Of a DNA stretch of 64,000 bases, positions 40,301 to 54,504 are shown piece after piece; the first letter of the stretch is position 1; the number at the start of each line of letters is the position of its first letter. The stretch is from Azolla caroliniana (Eukaryota; Plantae; Polypodiophyta), in assembly GCA_043228905.1 (NCBI GenBank), contig JBHGNT010000006.1, positions 682,001 to 746,000 of the forward strand. The letters run 5' to 3'. Made by a program: the position numbers and the translations under genes. The notes under the pieces were generated by a model. It was given only the letters and a program-made list of their open reading frames with translations. It was not told the origin of the DNA and ran no database searches.

Positions 40301-42004
40301 ATTACATACAACAAAGGGATATGTCTATCAATGACTACATGATTGATATCAAGTTGTTGTGTGATATCAACTTTTTGTATCGATGAGGAAGAGATGGTAA
40401 CGATATGCCTTATCAACCCTTTAGAACAGTTCAATCTAATGAGCGGTATTGTCTCTAAAGAAACAATGCTATCATTTTTCGGCCTCCAATCCATCGTTTT
40501 TGTCAATGAAAACCATGTTGACAAATTCAAGTACTCCACTTATATTGGAAAAATCATCATGACCACGGGAGGAAGAAGATCAGAAGATGGGGAATGACAC
40601 CCACAAACGTGGACTCTTAACCTCAACATAAATTTGGAAGTGAGATTAAGAACTGGGGTTTCACTAGCATGCCATGTTGCCAACACATATTAAAATGTTA
40701 ATATTCCACAGGCTCAGCAATGCAATGGAGAATGTCATAAGGAAAAGTATGATTCTACCAACGACTCGCCAGCTCTTATGATGAGGTCTACAATAGAATA
40801 TTTATGATGAATCACACGAAAAAATCTATGTCACAAGCACTCGTCATAAGCAAACTCCCAAATTTCAAAAGAAATGGGATGAGTGGTATGTCCGAAGTAT
40901 GCAAATTTGGAAAGCAAAATCATTGCCATAGCCATCGAAAAAAGCATGACACACTCATATTGAGTAGCGATTATTGAGATTACATGTTCAACCATATGCC
41001 TTGTGTGTGAACACGCTCCTTCGAGCATGTGTGTAATATTAGAGCCAACCATTGACTTTGGAAATAGGAGACGCCTTATGCACTAAATGAAGTAGATACA
41101 TTAGTTATCCCACTCACTCTCCCATTTGTTATGATATTCCTCCTAACTTCCATGTATATTTCCCGAGAAACTCTATCTAAACCAACCCCCAACTTTTATG
41201 TAAGTTGTTGATTACATGTTTTCAACTTAATTGATTTACTTAGCACACACATTTTAGAGATACTCACTTGAACCAAGCTACCTCAAAAGTTTATGTTAAG
41301 CCGTGATATCATGTTTGACGAATCAACATTGTTGTACACTTGAAAGTCATCTACACCTTTGGTGACTGAGAAAAGCACCAATATCAATGTTGAAAAATGA
41401 TGTCAAGTCAATTAAACTTCTCATGACCATTCCAAAAAGCTCACTGCATGCGTGATAACCGACGTAAATTACACCTTGAACCTTTATAGCTACAATACTT
41501 CACAATGTGATGCGATTATACCCCAACATCACAAAGCCATGGCTAATCTACCGAAGTATGAAGAAAAATCTCATAGATACGACAAATAGAAGTCTGCTCT
41601 ATCACCTATATTTCTATTTCAGAAGCCAAACGTGAAAATATCTATTCTCTGACTCCTGTATGCAAAATTAAGAGAGATGTCAGAGCATATATGGTGTAGA
41701 ATTTGTTGTTGTTATTGGAAGCTTGATTCCTTCGATTGGTGACAAGTAGTGTATGCCTATTAAAGTTTTGTGTGAAGAAAGATGTATCAAAGGCACTAAA
41801 GAAACTATGTGTGCCACTCATGAGAAGAATTTGGTTATGTTGTCAAGCTACAATGACATGGTATACCACAATGCTTTCATGATGAAACTAGGTAGTTGTC
41901 TTAGGTTGGAAAGCCAATGAGAGGGATGGAGAGATGCTAGCCCTCTATGATATTGAGAGGTGGAATGTTGTCCCTCATTGCTACACAAGAAGGTCATTGA
42001 TTGT

Positions 42005-42452
42005 TGTTGTCCACCGGAATAGTAACCGATGGACAAAAGCGTAGTAATAGGAAATAGTATAAGATTGTAACGCATGTAACGGTTCACACGGGAAGCGTGA
42101 ACGGCTAAAAGACCATGTGTATATAAAGGGCAGAAAACCTCTGATAGAGGTAGCGTGTAATTTTGGAATGTAAAGAAGCGTATCGTAATAGAATTCTATC
42201 TTCTCTGATATCTATGTATAGCTACGGCGAATCTACATTGTGTCTGTAATACCTAAGAGTGTAGAAGTAAGCGACGTGAGTGTGTAGCCACTGTTAAGGA
42301 GTTCGGTTGTAGCCGTCTCCCTTATACGCTGCTAGGTTACGGGGAACATTCCCCTACGTAATTACGCACAAACGCCACCGTTCATTGTCTCATAGTCACT
42401 TGGAGGTCTAGGTCGAAGGACTGACTGTAGACCGTGTTCCTAATCGGTAACA
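42005..42452 (+). mobile_element. Solo LTR (448 bp)
   Basis: TGTTG...TAACA termini, flanks ATTGT/ATTGC (4/5 TSD), TATA (TATATAAAGG ~42120), no PBS or PPT. Confidence 0.75.
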
Positions 42453-44205
42453 ATTGCCGATAGGTTTGTAATGTAGAGTACAAATTTGATGACTTCGTCA
42501 ATCAATAAAAAAATGTTGAGAAACAAGCTCAACATGGGCCGAATCAATTTAAGAAGCCGAGAACCGAGGGCGGAGAGTCGGGAGCCAAATCGAATAAAGT
42601 TTGATTTGGGTGAGCTGAGTTGGAAGGATTCTGAAAGGCCATTGAGGGTCTATATTCCTATTATAATAAATAGGAATATTGTAGGTAGAATTAGTGTCAG
42701 GCTCATTTATGAGCATTCAAGTACTAATGGTACTTGTGTCAACCCACTTGTTAGGGGCTTGTATAAAAAGTGCTCACTGAGCACAATGTATGTACAGAGT
42801 GTTCATTATTCGTAATAGAAGTTGTTGTCTGCTCTCTCTGTCTTTGTCTCTCTCTCACCATTCTCTGTGTATACCTAACAGATGAGTTTCCGAAACCAAA
42901 TGAGTACTTGGTGTCTATTGCACATGCTTCCGCACACATATTCTTTTGCATGGTATTAGAGCGCGAGGGTTGAGACTCCTCTACAACCAACAGAAAAGCA
43001 AGCAAACAAGATAGAGACACGGTTCTCGTTTTTCGGAAAAGAAATGACAGGAACATGGACAAAGGAATGGGAAGCTCGCTTCCGATTGAAAAACTCAATA
43101 GGTGCAACTACACATCTTCTTCGTACAAGATGCACCAGTACCTGCTCGGGCACGGTTATTGGAGTTATGTCGAAGGAGCTAATGATGCAGCACCCGAGTC
43201 GACACACAGAGATTTCCCGGCCTGAGAACATGCGGCAAGCAGAGTTCTCTACTGCTTTGCATCCTGTGTGAGTGACCATCTCTTGAGCTACACTTGGGAT
43301 GCCAGGACGCCAAAGGATGCTTGGAGAAATTTGAAGAAGATTTTCGCCACAAGCACCATAGCCAAAAAGCTTCAACTCCGACAGGAGTTGAGCAACGTCC
43401 GACAAAGAGACATGTCGGTGACTAACTACACCTCCAAGATCAAGGAGATCTATGACTTCCTCACCTCCGTCAACATGAACATCGAGGAGGACGAAATGGT
43501 GTAGGTTTGCCTCGGAGGGTTGGTGTCGAAGTTCGGAGCATTTCGAACAACAGTGTGCACGAGGGAGAATACGCCTTCGTTTTTCGACCTACAATCAATG
43601 TTGTTCGTAGAAGAAAACCACTCAGGTGCGTTGACGAGTACACACACCGGCAATAGATGTTGTACACGGAGGCAGATCGGCCTCGTGGTCATGGTGGATG
43701 AGGTGGGTCGGCGCACAATGGAAGCGGTTGATAGGAGCAGAACTAGAGGCATAATCGTAATGCTGACAACAGTTCCATACCTTCCACGGGTAGGGAGAAT
43801 CAAGGCGGCGTCGGAGGTCGACAAGGAAAGGCCGCGACATACTGTTGGCACTGTGGCCGGAAGGGTCACTAAGAGAGCGAGTGCTGGAAAAACTGAGTTG
43901 ATTCAAACAAGGAGGATCGAACCAAGGAGACGTGGATAGGCATCAAAGATCACACTATGCCAAGGGCTCAGAGGAGCCGAAAATGGATCGAGGCCAGCCT
44001 TCGTGATGAAGCACAAAGCCAACTCAATGGCGGTGAACACCTCAAGGTCGAACGAGGTGTGGTATGTGGATTCGGGCGCATTGAACCACATGAAGAATCA
44101 CAAGGAGCGGTTCTTGACTCTGGAAAGGCTGGAGTAGCCGGGGGTCGTCGAAACTGGCGATGACACCCCTCACCCCATCGAACACATCGGAGATGTCCCT
44201 CTAAG

Positions 44206-44556
44206 TGTCACGGATAGATCATAAGCTCAAGAGACAAGAAAGAAGATAACCAAATGGATGAGTAGTATTAATTGAAAGACTCCATAACTAGTGTTGTTCA
44301 CCTTGAATTCCTTCAAGGTGAACTCAACTATTTATACTACACAACATGCATACTTGTTGCACGCATGTGACTCTACAATAGAGAATGTAGGTACACATGC
44401 ATGTGCCAAGTGGAAATACTACAAGGGGGCATTTATGCACATGATGCTAGTCAAAACTACAAGGACCAATTATATATATAAATGTATACTAGATATGTTG
44501 GTTAACCCATAATACTTGATTATAATATGGTCATGTCAAGAGTTATAATCTTGACA
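44206..44556. mobile_element. Solo LTR (351 bp) inserted in the protease region
   Basis: TGTCA...TGACA termini, flanks CTAAG/CTGAG (4/5 TSD). Removal restores GDVPLSHV. Confidence 0.8.
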
Positions 44557-45280
44557 CTGAGTCATGTCGCTAGAAGGGAATCATAAGAAATGTCTTGCAT
44601 GTGCCGACAATCACCATGAACTTGGTATTGGTCAAACAAATTGTTGACCATGGCATGCAATTTTGATTTACTCATCTCGGGTGTTTCATCGAAGAAGAAG
44701 GCAAGATTATCGCGCAAGGGCCCGAGAAACGAATGACGTCACACCGCTATGTTCGCCAAGGGGCAAAAAGTCGAATCGAACATCGACTTGTGATACAAGC
44801 GGTTCAGCCATGTCAACTTCCCATGGCTTCCGGAGATGTAGACGAAAAACATCGTTTTTGGCTTGCCGAAAGGACCAAGTCTACGAAGCCTGCCAGTTAG
44901 GGAAGCATCACTAACTTCCGTTCCGAAATGAAGGAGAGGCTAGAATGAGGAACCAGCTAGGGCTGACATGGCGGGACCTCAAGCTGAGTTTGAGGGGGAG
45001 TGTTGAGAGACAAGCTCAACATGGGCCAAATCGGTTGAAGAAGCTGAGAACCAAGGGCTAAGAGCCGGGAGCCGAATCGAACTTTTTCGATTCGGGTGAG
45101 CCGAGTCGGAAGGATTCCGAAAGGCTGTTGAGGGTCTATATTCCTATTATAGTAAATAGGAATATTGTAGGTAGAATGAAGCTCATTTATGAGCATTCAA
45201 GTACTTATGGTACTTGTGTCAGCCCACTCGTCAAGGGCTTGTATAAAAAGTGCTCACTGAGCACAATGTATGTACAGAAT

Positions 45281-45441
45281 GTTCATTATTCGTAATAGAA
45301 GTTGTTCATTATTCGTAATAGAAGTTGTTCATTATTTGTAATAGAAGTTGTTCATTATTCGTAATAGAAGTTGTTCATTATTCGTAATAGAAGTTGTTCA
45401 TTATTCGTAATAGAAGTTGTTCATTATTCGTAATAGAAGTT
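45281..45441. repeat. Tandem array, 7 x 23 bp (GTTCATTATTCGTAATAGAAGTT)
   Basis: Seven head-to-tail units with one C>T variant and no spacers. The 5' LTR has a single unit (~42801-42823). Confidence 0.97.
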
Positions 45442-47344
45442 GTTGTCTACTGTCTCTCTCTCTCTCTCTCTCTCACCATTCTCTGTGTATACCTAACTGT
45501 CAAGTTTTCGAAACCGAATGTGTACTCGGTGTCTATTACACATGTATTCTTTTGCAAAAAATCATGCAACTCATTGCCAAGGATTATGTGCAAATATGTG
45601 GCATACACTACGATGAGACCTTTGCTGTAATGACATTAATGGCAAATGTGTTGACTGTATTAGCGGTCACCGCAATGTAGGGGTGGCACATTTGTCAAAT
45701 AGATGTGAAGAATATCTTCCTTTAAGAAGAGTTTGAGGAAGAGGCTTACATGCAATTGCCACTTGGATTTAAGACAAAATGTCACCCATACACAATATAT
45801 CAACTCAATGAGCCATTATATTGCATTTGGTGGCTACCAAGGGCATGTCACCCGAAGATCACAAAATACTTACATAGCATACACTTTCTCATTTCCATGT
45901 AAGGTGAATCCAATACATGTGAGGCAAGTCTCATGGTAGCATGTTCATCTTCATGTTTGTTGACAAACAAATAACTAGACTCAGAGAAGTACTCTTAGTC
46001 ACCATCAAGAATATGAAATCTCTATTAGCCACCAAGTTTAAAGTGAAGGATATGGATGAGCTTCACTAGTTTCTTAGCATCGAGATCATCTACACATATT
46101 CCAGTCTTGCTTTCCCAACACTACTAAATCTTGAATTTCTTGTTTGAATTCAATATGAAGGATTGCAAGTTGATCACAACGGTTACCTCTCTCAACCACA
46201 TTTAAGATGCAAGCCATCTCCAACTTTTTTCATGACAATTCAACAACCTATTTGCTTAACAATAGCTTAGCCTACCCTAATTAGCTACAATATCAACCTT
46301 CTTCTCTAGGTCATGCAAGAGAGAAGCATTTGGATTGTGCGAAGTATGTGACGTTGGCCATGATATATTCTAAGAATCAGGGAATTTCAGTCTAAGTCAA
46401 TGGCTACACAAAAGTCGCATAAGATAGTAGTTCAATGAATCAATTATCAATGTCAGGATTTCTCTTCTCATTGGGAGGCAACATGTGTCTCCTAATGCAA
46501 CAAAAAGCAATTGATTATTGCTCTACCGAGCACAAATCCAAAGTATAGGGGCATAATGGTTGTCGCTAATGATGTCTTGTGGCTCAAGTGAACCTTTAAA
46601 GATTGCAACACCAATGAGTACAACTCTATTGCAATAACCCTAGCACCATACAATTTGAGACATGAAACTTGGTGTTTCATGTTTCCACAAAACATTGATA
46701 TGGCTGATCCGGTTTGTAGATTGAGACAAGGATGTTCGTGTATTTAGAAAATTGCTTGAAGTACAAGAACTTGATAAATTGTTTTGATGGTGCTCAACCC
46801 ATGTTTGTTTGATGCATTGACGTAGAGGAGGTGTGGAAAAGTGAACAAGGCAATCCACATTCATCATAGCGAACCTTGAAGAGGATAAGTTGTGATAATG
46901 AGGTCAACCACTTAAAATTTGTGTGGTGAGGCACGCATGTACATTAAAAAGACCACTTCCCTTAGCCCTAGTCAGTGAATGTGTGTAAGTAGCTATCCTT
47001 GTCATACTTTTGTCATAAGCGTATTATAAGTGTCCTTGTCCTCATATATGCAAGAGAATAAGAGTGGTACGAAATGTGAAGAATGAATTGAATGATTGGC
47101 ACATATCCCACACACTCTGCAAGCTCGACGAATATAAAGACAATCTAGTGAGCGTGACGTAACGGGTATAGCTTGATACGGGAGTAGTCTAGGCGTATGT
47201 ATGTCTCGTCCCCGTATTCTTGTCTTGTCTTGTGTTTGCTTTGCTACACGGGGGTGCTCTTTTCCGCATCATACACATACATCCATGGGGTATGTGTGTG
47301 TGTGTGTGTGTGTCTATTTTTGCTGCTACGTCACGAGTCACGAC

Positions 47345-47381
<37 letters not shown>
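47345..47381. repeat. (GGTATG)6 hexamer microsatellite upstream of SMO1
   Basis: Read directly from the sequence. Confidence 0.9.
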
Positions 47382-47648
47382 CACACACATTATTATTATG
47401 TTTCATACAGACTGGAGTCTGGACTTCCTCTTCCGAATCTTTCCTATTTCCTGTTGGAGAGGAGGGAGATAGACGGACAGTGCAGGCACGACACACATAC
47501 CATATACATACATACATATAACCAACAACATTTAACAACAGAGACAGAGACAGAGACAGAGACAGAGACAGAGCCACCAGAGAGACAGAAGGAGAGACAG
47601 AGAAACAGAGAGAGAGAGAAGGAGAGAGAGAGAGAGAGAGAAACAGAG

Positions 47649-50600
47649 ATGGTGGTGGGTGTGGGCAGCGTGGCGGAGGCGGAGTCGTGGATGGGGCGTC
47701 CCTTGACGGCAGCGGAATTGACGTGGTTCCGCCTTACGGCGAGCGTCTCCGACGCCCACCTCTACTACCTCAACATCGTCTTCCTCTTCCTCATCTTCAA
47801 CTTGGCCCCCCTCCCTACCCTCCTCCTCGATCTCTTCTTCCACTCCCACTCCCACTCCCATTCTCTCACCCCTACCAAATCTCATGCTCCTCTTCTTGAT
47901 CTTGATCACGATCATGATCATGCTCCTGATGATCCTCATGATCATGTTTCCATGGTCATAGCTTATTTTCGCCGATTCAAGATCCAGCCCTCTGTCCGTG
48001 TCCCTCCTTCCTCTATCTTTAACTGCTACAAAACAGTCATGCTCACCTTCTTCTGTGTTGTCCTCCCTCTGCAGATCTTCTCCTACCCTCTCGTCAAGGT
48101 AAGAAGAAGAATTCACCGAATTCCTAAGTATCCCCCCCCCCACCCTTTGCTCGTGTGTCTCTCGGTGGTTTCTCTCTGTTAGCTCCTTGGCAAGAAATAA
48201 TACACAAAGAGTTTCTCACTATTCCACCCTTTCTTTCTCTTTGAATTCATTGGCCTATTTCTACTGTTTGGCGTGTTTGTTGTCTCTGCCGAGTGAACCA
48301 ATATCACCCGTTCATCAGTTTGTGCGGCGTGTGTCTATGAATTTCTTCTTGCTCAATATTTCTTTGTATTACTCTGCTATGAAGGTAAGGACATTTCTCA
48401 AGCCTACCATCTGTCTATGTGCTTGTTATCTTTCTGTTGGGGGTTTCAGGATGAGTCCATGGCAATCTCAATACTCTACTTTGTGTTGCAAATCTTTTAT
48501 CAGGGCCTGTTAACAATCTGCAGTCACCTCAATTGTTTGATCTTCTTATTTGTTTTAAAAATGTTCCTTGTATTTGCAATATTTGCATTTGAGCAATTTG
48601 CCAAATTCTGCTAGATTTTGATCAATTGCATTTTAGACACTCTCTAATCTACGTGATTATGGGTTTTGCTAAATGTCATGTGATAAATCCTTTGATTCGT
48701 GTGCCATGTTCCATTTGCATGTGAGAGATCCTCCCATTGATGTTGTTCTCTTGTTAGGTTATGCATCATTATTGATGTTAGGATTCTGTTGTTATGTTTG
48801 CCCCCAATAAATTTAATACATTCCATGTAAAACATCCATTTTCCTACATTCCATGTGAAAAATCCTTTCTTTCTGTTTGGATTTTTCTACGTTGCTTGGG
48901 AGGAATCCATTCTTCTCGTTAGGTTTTGCATCTGATGAGACATTCATTTGTTTGTCAGTTTGATGCAGTTGTATATGAATCTTGGTTTTTTTTCTACATT
49001 GCATCTCAGACTGGTGGAAAATCCATTCTTTCTATTTGTTTATTTCCTATATTGCCCTGGTGAGGAATCCTTTTTTTCCATTTATTGTTTTCCTACATTG
49101 CACCTGATGAGAAATCCATTCTTTCTATTCATTGTTTTCCTACATTGCACCTAGTGAGGACTACGGTCTTTCTATTAGTTGTCTGCCACATTGCCTCTGT
49201 TAAATAATCCAATATTTATATGCTAGATTTTTGCTACTTCAGGTTTGTGAGAAATAGCATTCTGATCAGAAATATTGACCATGGTCTTTTTCCAGCTCAT
49301 TGGCATCCGGACTAGCCTTCCGCTTCCCTCGTTATGGGAGATAGTTGCTCAGATTACAGTCTACTTTCTGTTGGAGGATTATGGTAACTATTGGATTCAT
49401 AGATGGCTTCATTCCGAATGGGGATACAATAACATCCACTACATGCATCATGAGTATACTGCACCCATCAGCCTTGCTGCTCCTTACGCACATTGGGCGG
49501 AGATTTTGCTGTTAGGGTTGCCTTCCTTTGTTGGCCCTGCTTTGGTTCCTGGTCACATGGTCACTCTGTGGTTATGGATCTCCCTTCGGCAGCTTGAAGC
49601 CATTGATACACACAGTGGGTAAGTTTGTTGCTTATTGTATCTTTTTTATGAGTTCCTTAGAGAGAGAGACCACAATCAAAGCAATGTTTGTGATGTTTGA
49701 AAGTGATCCTTGTCAATTTGAATCTTAGATTCAATAATGCAATACTGTTTAAGGAAAAACAAAGAGAAGCAGGTAGGCAGATAGATATATTTAATTTCAT
49801 CATCAGGGGTCAAATATGTCGTGAGTGACCAAAGTAAGGCAATTTCTCGTAGTTCAATGTTCAAGATTTTTTACTAATGAACGTTGCAGTTGAGAGTCCA
49901 CATTGTGATTGAGAAAGAAATGTTTTTAGGGATGGGGTTGAACATGTGACAAAAGGAAACTCAATTTGTTATCAAGGTGGAGCTCAGACTTGTGAATATG
50001 CTCGGGGAAAATATGCATAGTCAACAAGTCTCCTTGCCTCTGGCCCAATGCCCTGCCTCACATCGAAGAAAATGTGAGCAATGGTGGACAAGGTGATGGG
50101 CTCTAGCATGTATGGTGAGTGCAGTTCGCCAATTGGGAGAGGATGTTTTCTAGTTAGGTGCAACACGTGTGATAGTGTTTGTGCTTTCTTTGAGATTAAT
50201 AATAAGTTCATCTAACAGATTTAGGGATTTGAATCTTTGCAAAAATAGAGATTTTGGTTATTATTGATTTTTTAGGGTTTTGAAGCATAGTTTTTTGAGA
50301 GACAGGCTAAGAATATTTGTATTTCCTAGGGGTTTGCATGCATCAAATCCAGGTTGTGTATGTTGAGGAGCTTATCAAATTTGTTATAATTGTAAATTTT
50401 AGTTTATCAAATAAGAAATGTCTATGGGAACACCACGCTTTGGAGCCAAAGAAGTTTGCTTGTTGATCTTTTGTTATTTTTAAGGACGAAAGCTACATTT
50501 GAGAACTGCTGTTTAGTTGTTTTGACAACCAATTTCACGAGACATATGATATGGTATACTCCATTGTTACACAACTTCAATGCTCCGAGATTAGGTATGA

Positions 50601-53416
50601 ATTTTCATGAAGTCATATCATGTACCCAAGCTCACATAATAGGTAGTGTCCAGACTCTTATATGTTCAGATAAAAGCTTTCCAAAATATGTTGATTTGCT
50701 GTAGTATTGCTGCTGCATTTGAATTTTATATTCTCGGAGACGTTGCACTTACATTGTCCATAAGCTGTTCCTGTATATGACTACACTTCGTCTTCCAGAC
50801 TCTGTTTCCAGATTTCATACTAAACTCTGCTCAGTTTTTGCAACATACTATATTTCATCTATTTGGCATGAAATAAAGATGTTATCATGGGAGCTCTGGA
50901 TGTCACACTAAATTAGGTATTTTATGTTGACAATTATTCATGATTCTTGTGCATATATACATTGGGAGTGGCCCACTCCCCTAAACACCATGTTAATGAA
51001 AGTTGGGTATACCCTTTCATGATGCTGTAGAACAAAGTAGATATAACACATCTGTACCACTCTTACCAAAGTCACATTTATAGCATAAACTCCTATCCTT
51101 TTTATGTGCAGAACTTAGAATAGTCATATTATATACATAAACTCCTCTTCATCATCATGTACTTCAATCTATAGTCCATATAGAATTCTAGCAGACCGGC
51201 AGTGAACAATTGTCTACCCACAGATATATTTTACCGTCCTTGTTAACAAGGTTGCTCCGAAGTTTATTTATGCATTTGGGAAGGTCTTTAATGGGCTGGA
51301 TCAGAGGGACCACATCTTTTTCTGTGTTTGGATCACGCTTCTTTTCTCTTTCCTATTTTTGGGAGCTTTTATGAAATGGTACTGTACATCTTCTTCAATG
51401 GATATAGGCTCTATTCTTTTATCCCTGAAGAGATCTTAGATGGATTTTTCTTCATTTCATATAAATCCAGCCATACACACTTTTTATGACATGGATTTCT
51501 AATGTCTTTTAAAAGGCTATGGCCTATGAAACAAAGCAGATGCACAGAGGCTTGTGGCTCTCTTCTATAAGAAACATGAATGATGACAATATATATATAT
51601 ATATAGGAGGCCAATTTTGTGTGTGTAGATTAGAATAGAAAAGAATATATTTTTATTGTTCACTAGGAGGCCAATTTTGACCTGTTACCCAAATCAGCAA
51701 ATCATCTTGTATATGATTCCTTCCTGAGAGGTTGTAGAAAACTCTTTGTAAAAGCTCTATGTGAAAATAATGCACACAAATATGTGCTCACCCTTCTTGG
51801 TAGAGATTTGGGTATGACACTCACATTATCATGTCTGTGTAACAAGTTATCATATATGCTGAGCATGCAAGAAGTGATATTTATCCTCCATTCATTGCAT
51901 GCCATGCATATCTTCCTACTTAGCTGAGTGAGCTCAAAGAAATGTTGTTAAGATGTATTTGGATGCGTTCTGGCATTTTTACCATGTATTGGTCCCAACA
52001 TTGAGGTTGCAATGTAATATTCCAATTTTGAGATTTTAGCATCTTGGCACTTCATCCTTAGTGCATCTAGTAATCCATTCTCAATGATCACATCTTCATA
52101 ACACCACCTGATAGCTCCAATAGTTGTTTCACTTCCCCTCTTTTAAACGGTTTTACTTCCCCACTTTTAAACCATTTCATAATGTGAAGCATCCCCCACT
52201 GAGATACAAGGATTTCACGCTTATTAATTTTTATATTTTTGTACCTTGCATCTTATGTTCCAAGAACATTTTAGCAATCTGTGATCAGTCATATCTTGAC
52301 TTTTGTACACTTTCATACTCTTTGCATTGCTATCACGTCTCTCAATTGTCTACATAAGAACTTCCTAATAGAGACAGAGAGAGACAGAGAGAGAGAGTAA
52401 GATTGTGTTTCCTATTTTATTGATGACGATTTATTAGTTTAGAGAATGAGAGTAAATGTTGTGGTTCCTTTTTAGCTATGAATTTCCGTGGTCACCAACA
52501 AAGTTTATTCCATTTTATGGAGGATCTGAATACCATGACTACCATCATTTTGTGGGTGGAAAGAGCCAAAACAACTTTGCATCCGTATTTACTTACTGTG
52601 ACTACATTTATGGAACAAACAAGGTCTGTTTTCTTATCTTCTTTCTTTATTCTGTATAGAGAATAATTAGTTATTCATGAAAATAGCAATAGGATAGTTA
52701 TCTGTGCCATAATCATTTGAGATTTTGTTTACGTCTAGAATTCCTGTGGGTTGCTATTTGTAAATGACTGGAAATTTCATGAATGAGACCTATCTTCTGA
52801 ATAATATTTGCTCGTATATATGAAGATTATTGCATTTGTTTATAGTTTGAGTTTTCCTTGGCCAGAATTTGATCTTGAAATTATTCTCAAGTTTGAGATC
52901 GTTTCAATTCCATTTTATCTCTTCTTATTTGTTGGTGTGCAGAAAATGCCTTTGATCGTTGGTTCCAGTATATGAACACATTCTTTACTAGTAACCTTGC
53001 TCTATTTGGTGATTCTTTAGTTCATCACTTTCTGTTGCTAGTGTTTAGGGTTCAGAAGTCATTTGTGCTGTATTGGTCCCATCATATATATCTCCTAAAT
53101 AGGATCTGTGGCATTGTTTTAGATCATCCAATTTCTTGCTATGTTCTTTTTCTCCTTGCAAGTACTACTCTCTAGCTTCAAATGTCTTATGTATTATATA
53201 TGTCATTTGTCTTTATAATAATAGAGAGTTTATGCTTTAGAGAGAGATCAAGAGACTGACACACTTTTAACCATATTGCAGGGGTATCGTTACAAAAAGA
53301 AGTGCAGCACAATAGGTAAGAAACTAAGATAAACTTGAGATGTAATTTGAGGAAAGTCTGTTCTGCTCAGTCAGGTTGATACTCTCTCTTTTACAGGTGT
53401 TAATAAAGATGATTAG
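47649..53416 (+). CDS. SMO1: Methylsterol monooxygenase 1 (sterol C4-methyl oxidase, SMO1 type), 5 exons, ~324 aa
   Basis: Exons 47649-48098, 49296-49618, 52476-52623, 53282-53315 and 53397-53416, all with GT-AG introns and consistent phases (0,2,0,1). Histidine boxes HRWLH, HYMHH and HDYHH; motifs LAAPYAHWAE, EAIDTHSGYEFPW and DYIYGTNKGYRY. The last exon is less certain. Confidence 0.93.
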
Positions 53417-54504
53417 ATTTGCAAAATGGATTTCCAAGTTTATATTTCATTTGGCTATATACATGCTGATAAGTAAATCTTATTGCATGGCCTGGTCTGG
53501 TACATCTGTCACAAGATTGCTCGTCCACCCTGAATAGGAAGTTTGTGATTCTTTCAAATATGTAGACGAATTTCAAAAGCTGACACGAATTTTATTCTTA
53601 TTACAACAATATAATACCGATTATTAGAAAGCTAAAATATGGGTTTTATTCCAAATTTAATGGTGTGTTGGGTTACATGCAGTCTTGAAGCTTCTTCTTT
53701 TTTTTTGTTTGCTCAGTGTTCTTAGAAATTTAGTTTTGTGACACTATGGGAGAGAAGAGTATGACTTATAAAGATTAAGAAGATTAAGATTTCGTATAGA
53801 AGAATAGATCATACTGAGATCTTGCACACAGTACAACCTCATTCATAGACTAAAATTCTTGACACATTAACAAACCATTTAAATATTCCATATCCATCCA
53901 AAATTCTATTATGTTACAGAAACTTGGTGAGGATGCTGGATAAAAACATTTAAGGTAAAACAAAGTATTTCACGATGCTGCTTACATCTGGTTCTTAGCT
54001 CCATGATACACATTAGTCTTTGATTGTTTAGAAGCCTCTAGTAGATAGTAAGATGGAAGGTAATAATCACATTCAATAATTGGTACTTTGTGAATGTGGC
54101 TTCAATATAAGACTGCATTCCATTCAACAACAATAGTTTTCAAAATATCTGCTTAGCACATGCCAGAACTAAGAGTTGATCTTCATTGAGACAGTTGCCT
54201 TATTCAACTTAAATAAATACTTCTTTCATTGGCACTATTGGAGTGTCTGGCATCCATACATTGGACATTCAAATTTGATGAAGTAATCAATTGCATTGTA
54301 GAACAGCCCATTACAAGTTTGTCATTCATGGGAGACAAAATTAACAAGAAAGTTTTTCAACTTCAAGATTTCTCTTTTAAGACTCATCATCGAGAATAAA
54401 CAAATTATAATGTACCAACTGATATTGATACAGTTCAATAAATGAATGATGTGGGTTTTGTACGGTATGCAACATCTCTGTTTGAAGAGCATTTTCAAAT
54501 ATCT

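Larger units (their letters stand above)
42514..45556 (+). mobile_element. Internally deleted Copia related to the 3466-13156 element
   Basis: LTRs at 42514-42950 and 45001-45556; PBS TGGTATTAGAGC at 42951-42962; PPT TGAGGGGGAG at 44991-45000; TSD AAAAA. Gag, protease and GAG-pre-integrase remnants only; integrase core, RT and RNase H are absent. Confidence 0.92.
39900..46900 (+). mobile_element. Highly decayed Copia hosting younger insertions
   Basis: Gag remnants (QDAKMTKEA, EEEMVTICL), RT (IAKDYVQICGIHYDETF, IDVKNIF) and RNase H (KKQLIIAL) in colinear order. Boundaries are approximate. Confidence 0.7.

Noticed and set aside
45281-45441. 23-bp repeat array as a CRISPR
   Set aside because: Head-to-tail units without spacers, inside a eukaryotic LTR, with no cas genes.
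47220-47648. N-terminal part of the 320-aa ORF 47220..48182
   Set aside because: Translation of microsatellites (VWVW, TETE, ERER); SMO1 homology starts at ATG 47649.
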